The notes beneath the pieces are model-generated. The model did no database searches, was not told where the DNA came from, and saw only the letters and a list, made by a program, of their open reading frames with translations. A stretch of 63,961 nucleotides of DNA, the filler included, from Lenisia limosa (taxonomy: Eukaryota > Protista > Breviatea): the NCBI GenBank assembly GCA_001655205.1. It is 19 parts of 19 records of this genome, joined end to end, with 100 filler letters (N's around TTAATTAATTAA, not from the genome) between each part and the next. Parts side by side here need not be neighbours in the genome. Positions count along the whole stretch, not along the records: positions 37,818 to 39,572 come from LPNZ01003517.1; positions 39,673 to 41,763 come from LPNZ01002128.1; positions 41,864 to 43,791 come from LPNZ01009275.1; positions 43,892 to 45,926 come from LPNZ01006993.1; positions 46,027 to 48,685 come from LPNZ01009684.1; positions 48,786 to 50,609 come from LPNZ01007291.1; 13 more parts are not named here. The stretch is one strand, 5' to 3'. This document shows positions 37,718-50,709 of this stretch, piece by piece; the stretch's first letter is position 1; every line of letters starts with the position of its first letter. Position numbers and translations under genes: made by a program.

Positions 37718-38434
37718 NNNNNNNNNNNNNNNNNNNNNNNNNNNNNNNNNNNNNNNNNNNNTTAATTAATTAANNNNNNNNNNNNNNNNNNNNNNNNNNN
37801 NNNNNNNNNNNNNNNNNACAAACAAAGCCCAGACCAGTCGCTTCTGCAGCGCCACATCCCAGCACTCCAGCATACGTACAATTAAATACAAAAAAAAAAG
37901 CGTGAAGCTCTCTCTACTCAGCCTCCCCCCCACATTAAAGTCCCAGTGAAATCAAGGTAATAAGATGAGAAAGCCATATTTTAATGAGAAAAGATAATTA
38001 TGTTACACATTTATCCATTTACCCATTTACACATATATGTAAAACATAATCCCCCCCCACCTTGGGGACACGGGACAGTTGTGCCATTACTCAGGAATTT
38101 GTGGCTTCCCTGGATGCGTGAGATGAGGGAAAATAAAACAATAATTTAATAATAATAATAAAAAATAATAATAAAAAATAATAATTAAAAGAGCAACAAA
38201 ACCTAGAATCAACTCTATGGCTAAGTATTTGTGAAACAAACCCTCCTACATCAAGTAGCCCCCTCCCCCCCGTACATCAAGCTCATTCAAACAGTAGGGA
38301 ATTGACGTGGTGTTGCCGGTCACATAGCAATCCTCTGTTCACGTGAGGAGGGAATGGCAAATGGTCAAAATGACCAAAAAGGACAAAATGTTATTGCATC
38401 CCCCCATATCCCACTTCAGCTTCCTCCTCCCCAT

Positions 38435-38532
38435 TAGAACTTCACTTCGGTTCGAAAAAAAGACTGAATTTCACGATAAAACATCTTGATATTTTACCGG
38501 TATTATTTTTTTCGAACCGAAATGAAGCCGTG
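38435..38532. mobile_element. Family B MITE
   Basis: cttcacttcggttcgaaaa..ttcgaaccgaaatgaagcc. Confidence 0.8.
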
Positions 38533-38593
38533 AAACTGTAAATATCTTCTTTCGCAAAAAATGACATTAATAATACCATCACATTACATGCAC

Positions 38594-38681
38594 TAGGTCT
38601 CCGTGCAAAATTAGAAATTAAAGTGTCTGGATATGGGTCCTCTCCTACTTCAAATTTTTAAATTAGTTGCACGGAGCCCTA
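38594..38681. mobile_element. MITE family E (TAGGGCTCCGTGCAA TIR)
   Basis: taggtctccgtgcaa..aaagtgtctgga..ttgcacggagcccta. Second copy at 54978-55082; fragments at 17236, 22320, 25222, 37240, 43601 and 62677. Confidence 0.75.
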
Positions 38682-38749
38682 ATAATATATCATAACCATT
38701 ACGTATGTACATATGATGTATGCATTACATCGACCCCCCCCCCCCATAC

Positions 38750-39439
38750 CAGACGTAAAGCTCTCCATCATCGTTTCATCCACCAATTCCGGAGGGATTT
38801 TGCCAAAGACGCTCTCCTCACACGACTGCGAACTAAGGTTGTAGTATTTGCTGCCGCCACAAGCCTCGCAGGAATACAGCGAAAACTCGCCACGGTCGTC
38901 ATTCACAAAGCCGAGGGGGCACCTGAGGAGTAAAACGAGGAAATTTCGATGAAGAATATTTTGATCAAGAAAACCTGCGGGAGTGGCGTGTAAAAACTGT
39001 TTTTCNNNNNNNNNNNNNNNNNNNNNNNNNNNNNNNNNNNNNNNNNNNNNNNNNNNNNNNNNNNNNNNNNNNNNNNNNNNNNNNNNNNNNNNNNNAAAGT
39101 TCCCCTCCAACTGTACACATTTGAAATCCCTATGTATTTATTTGTTTCCCCTAGATTTCTCATGTATATAATTTCTCTTGTTTATTTATGAATGTTTTTT
39201 TGGAAGTTTCCTTTTATGACCCCCAACCAACTTAAAAATTAACATAATAAAGAGGGATTTCTTTCGGTTCGACAAAAGACCGAAATTCTCGATAAATCCT
39301 CGAAAAACTTTCGATAATTGCCCGAACTTTTTCGAGCCGAAGGAAGCCCTAATTATAATGCCCCTCTCCCCACTGTAAGCAGTCGAAATTTCCTTTCATG
39401 TTTTTGTAGGTGCCAACTGCACATTCATTACAGCTTGAC
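38750..39439 (-). CDS. Cys-rich GCC2/GCC3 (ephrin-receptor-like) repeat surface protein fragment
   Basis: Joined exons (CA|G phase consistent) read SSCNECAVGTYKNMKGNFDCLQCPLGFVNDDRGEFSLYSCEAC, the CxxCxxGxY..G..CxxCPxG..G..sC pattern. Confidence 0.75.
39253..39351. mobile_element. Family B MITE
   Basis: gggatttctttcggttcg..tcgagccgaaggaagcccta. Confidence 0.8.
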
Positions 39440-39572
39440 CTGGGGAGTAAAGAAATTGGAGTTATTTCTGAGATGATGGAGTAAAGTTGGGAAATTTATG
39501 AAACAAAAACCAAAATCAACTCTGTTGGCTGACAGTATACAAGAGTTGATAATAACAAAACAAACAAAGCCC
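39440..39572 (-). mobile_element. Family A copy abutting the acceptor of a Cys-rich exon
   Basis: gggctttgtttg..gtcagccaacagagttgattttgg..gtttcataaatttccc..ctttactccccag|exon. Confidence 0.75.
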
Positions 39573-39984
39573 NNNNNNNNNNNNNNNNNNNNNNNNNNNN
39601 NNNNNNNNNNNNNNNNTTAATTAATTAANNNNNNNNNNNNNNNNNNNNNNNNNNNNNNNNNNNNNNNNNNNNGGGGGGGGGGGTGCCTTAGTTGCATTTC
39701 TAAGGTGATTTATCAATATTGTTTAGAAGATTTTCTTGATAATCTGTCACCAAGGACTTGCCTGAAAAGTTGAAAAGGCTCCACTTCTGGTTCTCTGCTG
39801 ACATGGAACCTTATGACATATGATGTTTCACAAAGAACTGGAAACGAAAATTCCGTCCATTTACAATTTGATAATCTTATAAACTTAGTGTTTGCACAGT
39901 GTCATCATAAAAACAAGCCTGCAACCCAGTTTTTTATAATATATGATACGATTCGAAGTAGTATGTACCTTTCATCATATACAG

Positions 39985-40854
39985 GTGAGAAAGTACTACC
40001 CCGAAGCCAAGATAGCCCTCCTGAAAAACGGTGGCAACTTCCCGTTCCTGGCCTGTGCTGATGAGGTCAATATGCATATCCAGGTGTGGGGGGAACACAG
40101 AAAGCTGTCTGCACAGAGAGGGGATGGGGTGAATAAGTATTATTATGATGGTTGAATACAACCATGTTTTTTCTCATTGCTTTGTGTGATGGTTGGTTTA
40201 CTTTGGCCACTTCCGTTTCTTATTTCTACGCATTTCGACTTCTTATTAACATTTTCAGGTCCACTTCCGANNNNNNNNNNNNNNNNNNNNNNNNNNNNNN
40301 NNNNNNNNNNNNNNNNNNNNNNNNNNNNNNNNNNNNNNNNNNNNNNNNNNNNNNNNNNNNNNNNNNNNNNNNNNNNNNNNNNNNNNNNNNNNNNNNNNNN
40401 NNNNNNNNNNNNNNNNNNNNNNNNNNNNNNNNNNTTTCTTTTCTTGTATATCATATTAGAGCTTCACATTCGCTTCTAAAAGATGTGTGAATGTTATAGT
40501 ATGCTTGATATAGCTAACCATATAATTGGTTGTACACTTTTATTAACACCCCACTTCTTAGCAATGCCAAAGCCGGCCCCAGTGTCACCTTCTAAGCCAA
40601 CAACAAAACAGGAGGCGGAAGAAGAGGAAGAGGAAGAGGAAGAGGAGAGTGAGGAAGAGGAAGAGAGTGAGGAAGAAGAAGAGGAAGAAGAAGAGAAGAA
40701 GGAAGACGAAGTTAAAGAAGAGGAGGAAGAAGAGAAGAAAGCAGTTGAGGCTAAAGTGAGGGATGAAGAAGAAGAGGAAAGTGCAGAAGAAGAGGAAGAG
40801 AAAGAGGACATGCATGAGGTGACGATGAAGGAGCATGATAGCGATTTTGAATAG
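39985..40854 (+). CDS. SPG21: Maspardin (SPG21)-like alpha/beta hydrolase C-terminus, followed by a Glu-rich terminal exon
   Basis: Exon 39985-40083 VRKYYPEAKIALLKNGGNFPFLACADEVNMHIQ, then VHFR, resembles maspardin [32 protein letters not shown]. The Glu-rich exon (about 40563-40854) is in the same scaffold across an N gap. Confidence 0.85.
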
Positions 40855-42699
40855 TTCGGGAGCCGTAAAGGACTTTCGACAAATGTACTTTTACTCCAAG
40901 TAAGTTGCCTCAAGATTTTTTAAAAAAGTCTTGGCATCAGAAATAAGTAGACTCTTCATAGCCCTGGCACATCAGTGCAACACTCACCAGATGGGGGTGG
41001 ATTTGAGACGGAATACCCCAACTCCCAAAGGTCAATTACAATGTAAGAGTATCAAGGAAATTATATCGATATACATGCACATATATTATATAGCTAGACA
41101 TAATATGATATGCAAATGATATAGAGTCTGGAACAGGTAAAAACCTGAAAAGAAGAGATGCCAAGAATAGATACGAAATACATCCTAAGAAACCTTAAAT
41201 ACTAATGCACACTAACGGCCGGGGGTGGGGGGGTTAGATATCCTGCATTCGCTGCAGGAGTTGTCTCGCCTAGTGGGTATGAGATATTGAAAATATCTGT
41301 GACACATTCCCAATTTGGAAATGTGTTCCCAACCTTGAGAATTGCGAGGCTGGAGGAAGTGGTCGGGCTGACGCCTGCTGTGGGGCTGTGGCGGCATCAG
41401 TTGGACATACCACATGATATAATATATACAGCGTACGACCATTACATATCATCTGCATATGATATGCTGAATATTGTATTACAGGAGTATCCTTGTAAGA
41501 AAAAGTAATATTTATTGAAATGCGCGTGTGAAGAAGAAGAGATAAGTTACGGCACTTTCAAAGCAACTTTCCCAAAGAGGGTCAGAACTATCATTGAACT
41601 AACAAAGGGAATAAGAGCGAAGTATTCAAGATTCTTGTCCTCATACCGAAAACTAGTAATAAATATCCACGATTATTGAGTAAGTCAGACCACTCACCTT
41701 GGCCACGAAAGCGACTTTGCAGTTGGCACTCTGGTAGCACCCGGGGACGCGGCAGGTGGCCGGNNNNNNNNNNNNNNNNNNNNNNNNNNNNNNNNNNNNN
41801 NNNNNNNTTAATTAATTAANNNNNNNNNNNNNNNNNNNNNNNNNNNNNNNNNNNNNNNNNNNNCCAGGTTTATTAAGTCCAATGTATTATTCGTATCTCT
41901 TCCTTACTGTGGGGATGAAATAGGGCCGATCAGTATTAGATCGTGATAATTTACTGGCGTCTCAGATACACTGATATGGATGAATCCTCGTGTTATCTTC
42001 GTTCATCATTTCTACTCAGCTAATGCTGGAATCAATATGGTTCTCTATCGAAATGAGAGATATTGGATTATTATAACACAATTCATCCAATCATTTGTAA
42101 CAACTCTGCACATGTGCCTCAATAATCCCGGTTTGATAGGAAACAAGAAATGAATAAGAAACCACACCATGACCGCGCTCTTTAGGCCCGATCTTGATGA
42201 TCTGAAATGTGAGCAATAGATCTGGAATGTGATGTCAACTTGAAAAGTCAAGATGACTGAAAAGCGATCAATAGGGATACCTGATGCTCAATAATGGATG
42301 AGCGTAGACCCTTTGAACAATAAGATATATCATATAGTATTTATTATTTACAAGTTAGGGGGCGAAAAATTTGTTGTACAAATACTCGAAAACTATCAAT
42401 ATTGCAGGTATTTTTCGAAGCGAAGTGAAGCCCGTTACACCCCCCCCCCCCCCNNNNNNNNNNNNNNNNNNNNNNNNNNNNNNNNNNNNNNNNNNNNNNN
42501 NNNNNNNNNNNNNNNNNNNNNNNNNNNNNNNNNNNNNNNNNNNNNNNNNNNNNNNNNNNNNNNNNNNNNNNNNNNNNNNNNNNNNNNNNNNNNNNNNNNN
42601 NNNNNNNNNNNNNNNNNNNNNNNNNNNNNNNNNNNNNNNNNNNNNNNNNNNNNNNNNNNNTCATCGTCACCATCATCATTACACCCCACTCCCACCAGC

Positions 42700-43295
42700 A
42701 ATTGAGCCAACAACCACGCAGATGATAGACAGAAGAAGGATAGATCCGTTTGACCAGTACCGGACACAATCTGTGCCCTAGAGAGGTGAGAATTTGGGGT
42801 TGGGAGCAAAATTGGAAAATTTATGAAACAAACAGCCCAAATCAACTCTGTTGGCTGTAAATTGGAAAGTTTATGAAAAACAAAATAGAGCATTTTACCC
42901 CCCCCCCCCNNNNNNNNNNNNNNNNNNNNNNNNNNNNNNNNNNNNNNNNNNNNNNNNNNNNNNNNNNNNNNNNNNNNNNNNNNNNNNNNNNNNNNNNNNN
43001 NNNNNNNNNNNNNNNNNNNNNNNNNNNNNNNNNNNNNNNNNNNNNNNNNNNNNNNNNNNNNNNNTTCACTTCGGTCCGAGAAAGTAAAATATCGATAGGT
43101 TTCGAGGATTTATCGAGAAATTCATAGAAATTCAGTCTTTTTTTTATTATTATTGAGAAATTCAGTCTTGATTTTCGAAAGTAAAGCCTACCCTCAACCG
43201 CTCACTCTGAACCCGTCGTGGCACTGCCCACCCTCAACCGCTCACTCTGAACCCGTCGTGGCACTTGAAGGTGCAGGAGCGGCCTGAGTCGGCGT
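42700..43295 (-). CDS. Cys-containing membrane protein fragment
   Basis: Exons DWDADSGRSCTFKCHDGFR and GTDCVRYWSNGSILLLSIICVVVGSIA (TM-like). Confidence 0.45.
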
Positions 43296-43675
43296 CCCAA
43301 TCGCTGGGGGGTTAGGCCGCACTTATGTACAGTGACCGGGATAAGTCTTGACCGATATGGTATGAGATTTCTCAAGGAAAATTGTACGTTTTTAGGGGGG
43401 GGGGGGCATTAAATAGTAAAACATGAATAATAGTAAAAATAAACAAAAACATGGGGCAGCAAACCTGTCATCGGGCTTGTCAGGGCAGGCTTCACAGGAA
43501 CCCGGGGATTTAGCGGAACCCACAGTACCCTCGGGACATGCCTCGCATGATTGCCTGAATATTACATGTTTTTTTCATTTTTAAAGAAGATATAGTTTTC
43601 AATTAATTGCACGGAGCCCTAACTATTATATCATATATTACACACATCTCAGAATATTGATCCGCATAATATACT

Positions 43676-43774
43676 TAGGGCTTCATTTCGGTTCGAAAAC
43701 CCCCGTTAAAATATCGACAGTTTTCGAGGATTTATCGAGAAATTCTGTCATTTTTAGAACCGAGTGAAGCCCTA
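43676..43774. mobile_element. Family B MITE
   Basis: Full TIRs; TSD AATATACT/TATATACA (6/8). Confidence 0.85.
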
Positions 43775-44330
43775 TATATACATCGATATGTNNNNNNNNN
43801 NNNNNNNNNNNNNNNNNNNNNNNNNNNNNNNNNNNTTAATTAATTAANNNNNNNNNNNNNNNNNNNNNNNNNNNNNNNNNNNNNNNNNNNNAGGACTTTC
43901 TAAGGTGGGGGGGGGGGGATGTTTGAGAGTAAAACCACATCTAGGAAATCTTATGATCTCGACATAATCATGTGCCATGCTTTACCCGTTTCACCCTTGT
44001 AGGTCATCGTGTGGTAGAGCTACTAGGGGTTTTTCTTAGGATTTGTATTTATTAATATATTGTACACTTGTTAGCATGGCTGGTTCTCTGAACCCTCTCC
44101 TGACAATTACGATTGTCTCTCTCTGATCCAAAATATACCACACTCTCTCTCTGATCTCAAATACAACATTTCTGATATACAAACTTAACAATAACTTAAC
44201 ATAACCTATCTCCTTCTAGACTGCGATAAAATTGAGTTCTCACGCTCTGAAGCAGTCACAAAAGACAATACTCAGTTAATCAACCCTGCCTGCAGGTTTA
44301 GGCGTCACTGATATTCAAACAATCACTTCA

Positions 44331-44423
44331 TAAGGTTTCACTTCGGTTCGAAAAAAGACGGGATTTCTCGAAAAATCCTCAACTATATTTTACTGGTCTT
44401 TTTCGAACCGAATTGAAGCCCTA
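44331..44423. mobile_element. Family B MITE
   Basis: ggtttcacttcggttcgaaaa..ttcgaaccgaattgaagcccta. Confidence 0.8.
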
Positions 44424-45685
44424 CTCAGCATGATAATTGCGATAGTTTAAATGATTAAAGATAGAAAAGTAGATAGTGATATTAATGGAGGTACGAAGGT
44501 GCGCATTTAGTAGAATTACACTTTGGTCAAATCGATGTCTCAAGGATATCTCAAAGTCCCAAGCCGACCCTGTTTTGACACCCCCAAGCCAGGTTCGTCA
44601 ATCGGAGGAATGGCGGGGGTGAGGGGTGTTGGTGAGAAGCTTGAAGGCGGACCCACTCCTGTTATGTCAGTGGCTTTTTCACGCAAGTTATCCACCCCAT
44701 AATCATACTAGCTAATTAATATGATTATTATTACTATTATCCAATATCTCTTATAGGCATGATGAGAACAGCTTCGGCCAACCTCCTTATTATGTTTCAT
44801 ATTTCTCCATTATATCATATGTAGTATAATAGATGATAAACGAATAAAGATCATGCTCATCCAGCAGTAATGTGATAAAGGCCAAAGACAACAAAGGGCT
44901 TACAGGGATAACCCAAGACAACCAGACAAGGCTTACCGGGATAACCCGACTTCTTCTTCCGCACAGAGGAATCCAACTGATCGAGAGACAAGGGGGAGTC
45001 GCCAGTGTTGGAGGCCCGCAGTGTCGAACTGAGTGCCGGANNNNNNNNNNNNNNNNNNNNNNNNNNNNNNNNNNNNNNNNNNNNNNNNNNNNNNNNNNNN
45101 NNNNNNNNNNNNNNNNNNNNNNNNNNNNNNNNNNNNNNNNNNNNNNNNNNNNNNNNNNNNNNNNNNNNGTTATACCAACATCATATGATGTGTAACTAGG
45201 GCTATTCAGAACTATTACAATACTGTCAGACCTGGGGATTGTGCGGTACTGCGGTTTTGCCCAATGGCTGACACGGAAACCTTCGAGACCTGTGGAAGTT
45301 ACATGAAATTGGCTTTACGGGGCCCAAATGGTACGATAAAGAAGACGTTTTGTTTCAATAACGTGAGAAAGGAAGGTCCTTAAAAGCCCCCAGATTATTC
45401 GGTTCGTGATTAGTACCTTTACGCCATATTCTACATCGAAATTTCCTTCGTTTTACCCCCCCCCCCCNNNNNNNNNNNNNNNNNNNNNNNNNNNNNNNNN
45501 NNNNNNNNNNNNNNNNNNNNNNNNNNNNNNNNNNNNNNNNNNNNNNNNNNNNNNNNNNNNNNNNNNNNNNNNNGTGACCCTGAAATGTCAGTCTAGACTT
45601 GAGGCTCATGCATCTCCAAGTGCTGACAAGGAGAACATTGACCATATTATGGATAATATCCCATAGTGATATGAATACATTGGAT

Positions 45686-45792
45686 CAGGGCTTCAGTTCG
45701 CTTCAAAAAAGACCAGTAAAATATCGATAGTTTTCAAGGATTTCTCGAGAAATTCAATCTTTTTTTTTTCTTTCAACCGAAATGAAGCCCAA
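45686..45792. mobile_element. Family B MITE
   Basis: cagggcttcagttcg..caaccgaaatgaagccc. Confidence 0.8.
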
Positions 45793-46547
45793 CATATGCA
45801 TATGATATATTATACATGTACGTAAGCCCCCCACCATTGTCAGTGAACATAGTTGGCTCATTTCCTGCTTGGTTAGGGGTAAGGGAGGCAAGCTTGACAA
45901 AGGAAAACGAATTAATTAGGTATAAANNNNNNNNNNNNNNNNNNNNNNNNNNNNNNNNNNNNNNNNNNNNTTAATTAATTAANNNNNNNNNNNNNNNNNN
46001 NNNNNNNNNNNNNNNNNNNNNNNNNNAATATGGTAATCAAAGATGATATAATAAAAGGGGTGAACTTTTCCTAATATGGTAATAAAAGAGGTGAACTTTT
46101 CCTAATATGGTAATAATAGGAGAGATAGTAATAAAGAGTACTGCATGGAGTCCTTGTAACCATTAAAAATGTCAAGACAGGAAACCCACACAATCATAAT
46201 CAGAATTCCTGAACCCCTGTACTTTTGAAGAAGCGAATAGATAGGCGGAAACAAACTCTGCATCTTCATTCTCCCAACTAAAAATGTTATAATCCTGTCT
46301 CCAAACAAAAAATGTTACTTTTTTTTTTCTCCAAACTTAAAATGTTATATATAATACTTCTCTCAACTAAAATATCATTAGTCTTTTCTCTGAGCTAAAA
46401 AATGGTACCATAGTACTATGTAGAAACGGAGAATACAAATCAATTCGCCCATATTGAGTACGGTGGATATTATCAATTCTCCCAATCATTACTTAATGCC
46501 CGTCCCCCCATAATAAAACCTATTAAACACAAGTAATACCTCCCCCA

Positions 46548-48685
46548 CGTGACAGCTTTCTCAAGAGCACGAGCCTCGGGTGTAGCAAGAGACACAAAGG
46601 AGAGAACCGGCTTGGTGTTGTATCTAAAACGTCAAAAGAGCGGGACTTCATTTTCGACAGATATCGAAATTTGTCGTAAATGCTCCTGTTCAGACAACTT
46701 GGAAGCACCTTGTCGCAGAACCTCGGAGGCTTTTGCAAGCCCTCGATTCGGGTTTCGTTAGAAAAAGACGATAAAATATCGATAGTTTTCGAAGATTTAC
46801 AAAAAATAATAAGACTGAACTCTTGACAAATATCGATATTTTACCGGTTTTTTCCGGACGGAGTGAAGCACTATGTGACCCCCGTACCTGTCTCGAGGGT
46901 TCTCATACACCGCGTCCGTAATGCTGGGGTTGAAGCGCTTCACCGCATCTGATTGTCGTGAGGGGGGAAGGAGGAAAGAGAAGTGAGGGAAGGGGAGGTG
47001 AAACAAAAAAGCCCAAAATCAGTTAGCTAACAACACACGAGGGTTGATAACAAAAAAAAAAAAAGAAAAAAAAAAAANNNNNNNNNNNNNNNNNNNNNNN
47101 NNNNNNNNNNNNNNNNNNNNNNNNNNNNNNNNNNNNNNNNNNNNNNNNNNNNNNNNTCACTCCAGCGTGGGGGGGTTTAGCAAACAGCATCTGAACAAAG
47201 GAAACTATGTACAGTGATCGGGAAAAGTCTTGACTGATTTGCTGTGTGATTTTCCCCACTGAAAATACATAAGTCAAGACTTATTCAGGTCACTGTATTT
47301 ATCATATAATATAGGATAATGAGACGTGAAATAAAACAAGGTCATATAATTACCCTCACCAGAATTGTATAATCTGAAATCGAAAAATGACTTCTAATAT
47401 TAGTGCTCATATAACTCCATGCCCCCCCACTGTGATAGTTGAGAATTGTTTTGTAGAACGACTTGGTCTCCTGGGAAATGATTCTGTCCCGATAGAGGTT
47501 GGTCACATGCGTGGTCTCGTCCTGAAGGTGCTTGCCAAGGGCTCTTTGCCACATCCCACTACAATAGTAAGAACAGGTCCCAGGATCACACATTTATAAT
47601 GAGTTTATGGGAGGATTCCAGCCCTTAATTATGTGTTTTGGCCCTTAATAGGAAAGTGCAGTTGATTCAAGACTTCTAAAGTCAAAAAGATTGATGAATA
47701 AGAAAGTAATAACAACGTTTTTTTAGTCAATAAAAAGTGACGGTATTACCACATGCCATCTCTTCACTCTTCCATTTTTGATTCCTTGGATTAATACTAT
47801 CTGATCCCACATAGTCAATTGATCATCCACACCATCACATTTACGGAAGAAAGCAGAAAAAGAGAAGGAAAAGAAGAAAAAGCTATATAAAAAGTAAACT
47901 GACAGAAAAAAAAAGAAATATATTTTTTCTGTATTTTTTACTGGGCACAAAATTAAACATTTAAAGAAAAGTCATTTCGTCGTGTTTTTTGTTCATACTA
48001 TGTCAAATTGCTTACTTGGGTGACTCCCCCATTTATGTGTCCGAAGGTATGGCAGAAGTAAGCCCCTAGTGTTCAAACATTGATATCTCGTGAAATGTTT
48101 GAATGATCGGGGGCTGAAAACTTCTCTTTTTTTATTCCAAAAAAAAAACTCTCACGTCTGCTTCGCCGCCTGGGTTAGCAAAGCCTTAAATCAGAGCTTA
48201 TTAAAGTGTCACTGCCTTTAAAATTATTATGGCCAGCTGTCACCAATCCCACACTAGCCAGAATCCTACTATTGAACCAGATATTTAATCTAGTTACCCC
48301 CCCCCCCCCNNNNNNNNNNNNNNNNNNNNNNNNNNNNNNNNNNNNNNNNNNNNNNNNNNNNNNNNNNNNNNNNNNNNNNNNNNNNNNNNNNNNNNNNNNN
48401 NNNNNNNNNNNNNNNNNNNNNNNNNNNNNNNNNNNNNNNNNNNNNNNNNNNNNNNNNNNNNNNNNNNNNNNNNNNNNNNNNNNNNNNNNNNNNNNNNNNN
48501 NNNNNNNNNNNNNNNNNNNNNNNNNNGGAAGAAGCTCTCCACCTCCCACCACCCTTGTCTACCGCATCCATCATACCCTTAACAACATCATCGGTATCGA
48601 CCTCGCCATCAACTGCTTCGAGGGCATCATCCAGAGACTCCATTGAAAGAACACGTGAGGATGATGAGGCTTGTACTGCAATATT
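46548..48685 (-). CDS. Uncharacterised multi-exon gene fragment
   Basis: Exons MESLDDALEAVDGEVDTDDVVKGMMDAVDK / LQDETTHVTNLYRDRIISQETKSFYKTILNYH / DAVKRFNPSITDAVYENPRD / YNTKPVLSFVSLATPEARALEKAV. Confidence 0.55.
47212..47295. mobile_element. Family C MITE
   Basis: TA|CAGTGATCGGGAAAAGTCTTGAC..GTCAAGACTTATTCAGGTCACTG|TA. Partial copies at 43330-43385 and 62386-62446. Confidence 0.85.
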
Positions 48686-49244
48686 NNNNNNNNNNNNNNN
48701 NNNNNNNNNNNNNNNNNNNNNNNNNNNNNTTAATTAATTAANNNNNNNNNNNNNNNNNNNNNNNNNNNNNNNNNNNNNNNNNNNNTTAGGCCAGTATGGT
48801 ACAAGAAATGTATGGCTGTGTAATGTAGAAAGGAAAAAAGCGGTTACAGAACAGAACTCCTTCTTATATCAAAATAATTGATTTACACCAGCAAAGCGGT
48901 TTTGGAAAATTATAAGAATAACAACAGAGCTCGAAAAAACAGTCAAAAGCGAAAAGAGCTGTGTGTAAAGAGATATAGACAAGTGATTGGGTGAATATCT
49001 CTTATAAGCGTGGTGGTGCGGACAGCTTCGGCCAGATACAACTCATCTCTATGTATATACTATCATCCTTGTGTTCACCCCCCCTCCCCAGCCCCAGCAG
49101 CAGTGTTCATTGCTTATTAATTACCCTGTCTTCCGGATTCACTTCGGTTCAAAAAAAGACAGAATTTCTTGACAAATCCTCGACTTTTTCGGACTGATGA
49201 AGCCCGAATTGTACACATGGTTCTTCAACCGAACAATTTGCTCA

Positions 49245-50199
49245 CCTGTGGGTCGGGAGCAAGGTCGGCAAGGAAGCCGAGGGCTTGAGGCAGAATGTAG
49301 ATTGGGGCCTTGACAACCAGGTCCATTACTGTCCTGGGGGGGGGGGAAGGTTGATGAATGATATACGTATTATGTAGAAACGCAAAAAAAGACAAGGTAG
49401 GATCTGGCCAAAGGTAAGAAAACTATTCATAAAACAAAGGTGTTGGCTACACACGGGGTTCAACAAAACAAAAAAGACCAGTAGAGCTCTTTGGAGGTAA
49501 TTTCAGGCACATGATCAATAACTGGCATCAACATTGAGACGACAAGAAGTCAAATCAAAACCCTCCAACTCGACAGTTTCTGACTGAAGCACGTGGTCAA
49601 GACAAACGGCATTCTCAGTAATTTGCCTATTGCGGTCAAAAAGGACTTTGAAGAAATTCAATGTTATAAAGGGTAAAAGAGGGCTTGATACTTTCCCAAC
49701 CATCAGCAACACACATCGACATCCACCAACCATAGGCAATCAAGACACGCCACAATGAGGCCTTCTGGCCGTTTCGGGTCATGTGAGTCGTACTCTAACA
49801 GCGGCAGGAGGACTGCTAAGCCACCTTCGTTCACAATCTAAGCGATAAGCAGTAGCATGGTGGCCAAAAGGTAACCCAAGTTGTTTTCGTATTTTTTTGG
49901 AAGGATGTGAAGCTGGTATCAAATACGCATCTCCAAGGATTACGCTCAGAACAAAACATCAGAGTTAACTCCTCAAAATACGAACATGTACATGAATTAT
50001 ACACAAAGACATAAATCTCTCAATATCCCTGGTTGCACNNNNNNNNNNNNNNNNNNNNNNNNNNNNNNNNNNNNNNNNNNNNNNNNNNNNNNNNNNNNNN
50101 NNNNNNNNNNNNNNNNNNNNNNNNNNNNNNNNNNNNNNNNNTGGCGTTATCGGCTGCAACAACCGCCAGGACTGAGACCATATCGCGACGAATGCTTGA
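49245..50199 (-). CDS. Armadillo/HEAT-type helical protein fragment, possibly CFAP69-like
   Basis: SIRRDMVSVLAVVAADN / IVNEGGLAVLLPLLEYDSHDPKRPEGLIVACLDCLW / VMDLVVKAPIYILPQALGFLADL. The motif order is reminiscent of CFAP69, recalled rather than aligned. Confidence 0.45.
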
Positions 50200-50350
50200 T
50201 GGCGTGGAACTGGGAAGATAAAATGGAAAATTTATGAAACAAAAAAAAGCTATATAATCAACTTTGTTGGTTTGAGAAACACACGTTTGAAAATACCAAA
50301 AACAAACAATGTTTAGGTGGAACTGGAGTGAAACGAAGGAAATGTCGGTG

Positions 50351-50540
50351 AAGTAATATTGGCGTAAGGTACCGATGAAGTAATATTGGCGTAAAGGTAC
50401 TGATAAAGTAATATTGGCGTAAAGGTACCGATAAAGTAATATTGGCGTAAAGGTACCGATAAAGTAATATTGGCGTAAAGGTACCGATGAAGTAATATTA
50501 GCGTAAAGGTACCGATGAAGTAATATTGGGGTAAAGGTAC
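50351..50540. repeat. Tandem array, 7 x 28 bp, amplified from a family A internal motif
   Basis: (A/G)AAGTAATATTGGCGTAAAGGTACCGAT units start at 50351, 50378, 50406, 50434, 50462, 50490 and 50518. Confidence 0.92.
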
Positions 50541-50709
50541 TCTTTAGTTTAGTGATGTTGAGGGGGGGGGGTTACCGATCAAATCACGAGATAGGCCTTT
50601 AATATGTTGNNNNNNNNNNNNNNNNNNNNNNNNNNNNNNNNNNNNNNNNNNNNTTAATTAATTAANNNNNNNNNNNNNNNNNNNNNNNNNNNNNNNNNNN
50701 NNNNNNNNN

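Noticed and set aside
40494-40913. Antisense poly-Ser and Phe/Leu ORFs
   Set aside because: They are shadows of the Glu-rich plus-strand exon.
50351-50540. CRISPR-like 28-bp repeat array
   Set aside because: Units are head-to-tail with no spacers, derive from family A, have no cas genes nearby, and sit in a eukaryotic intron.
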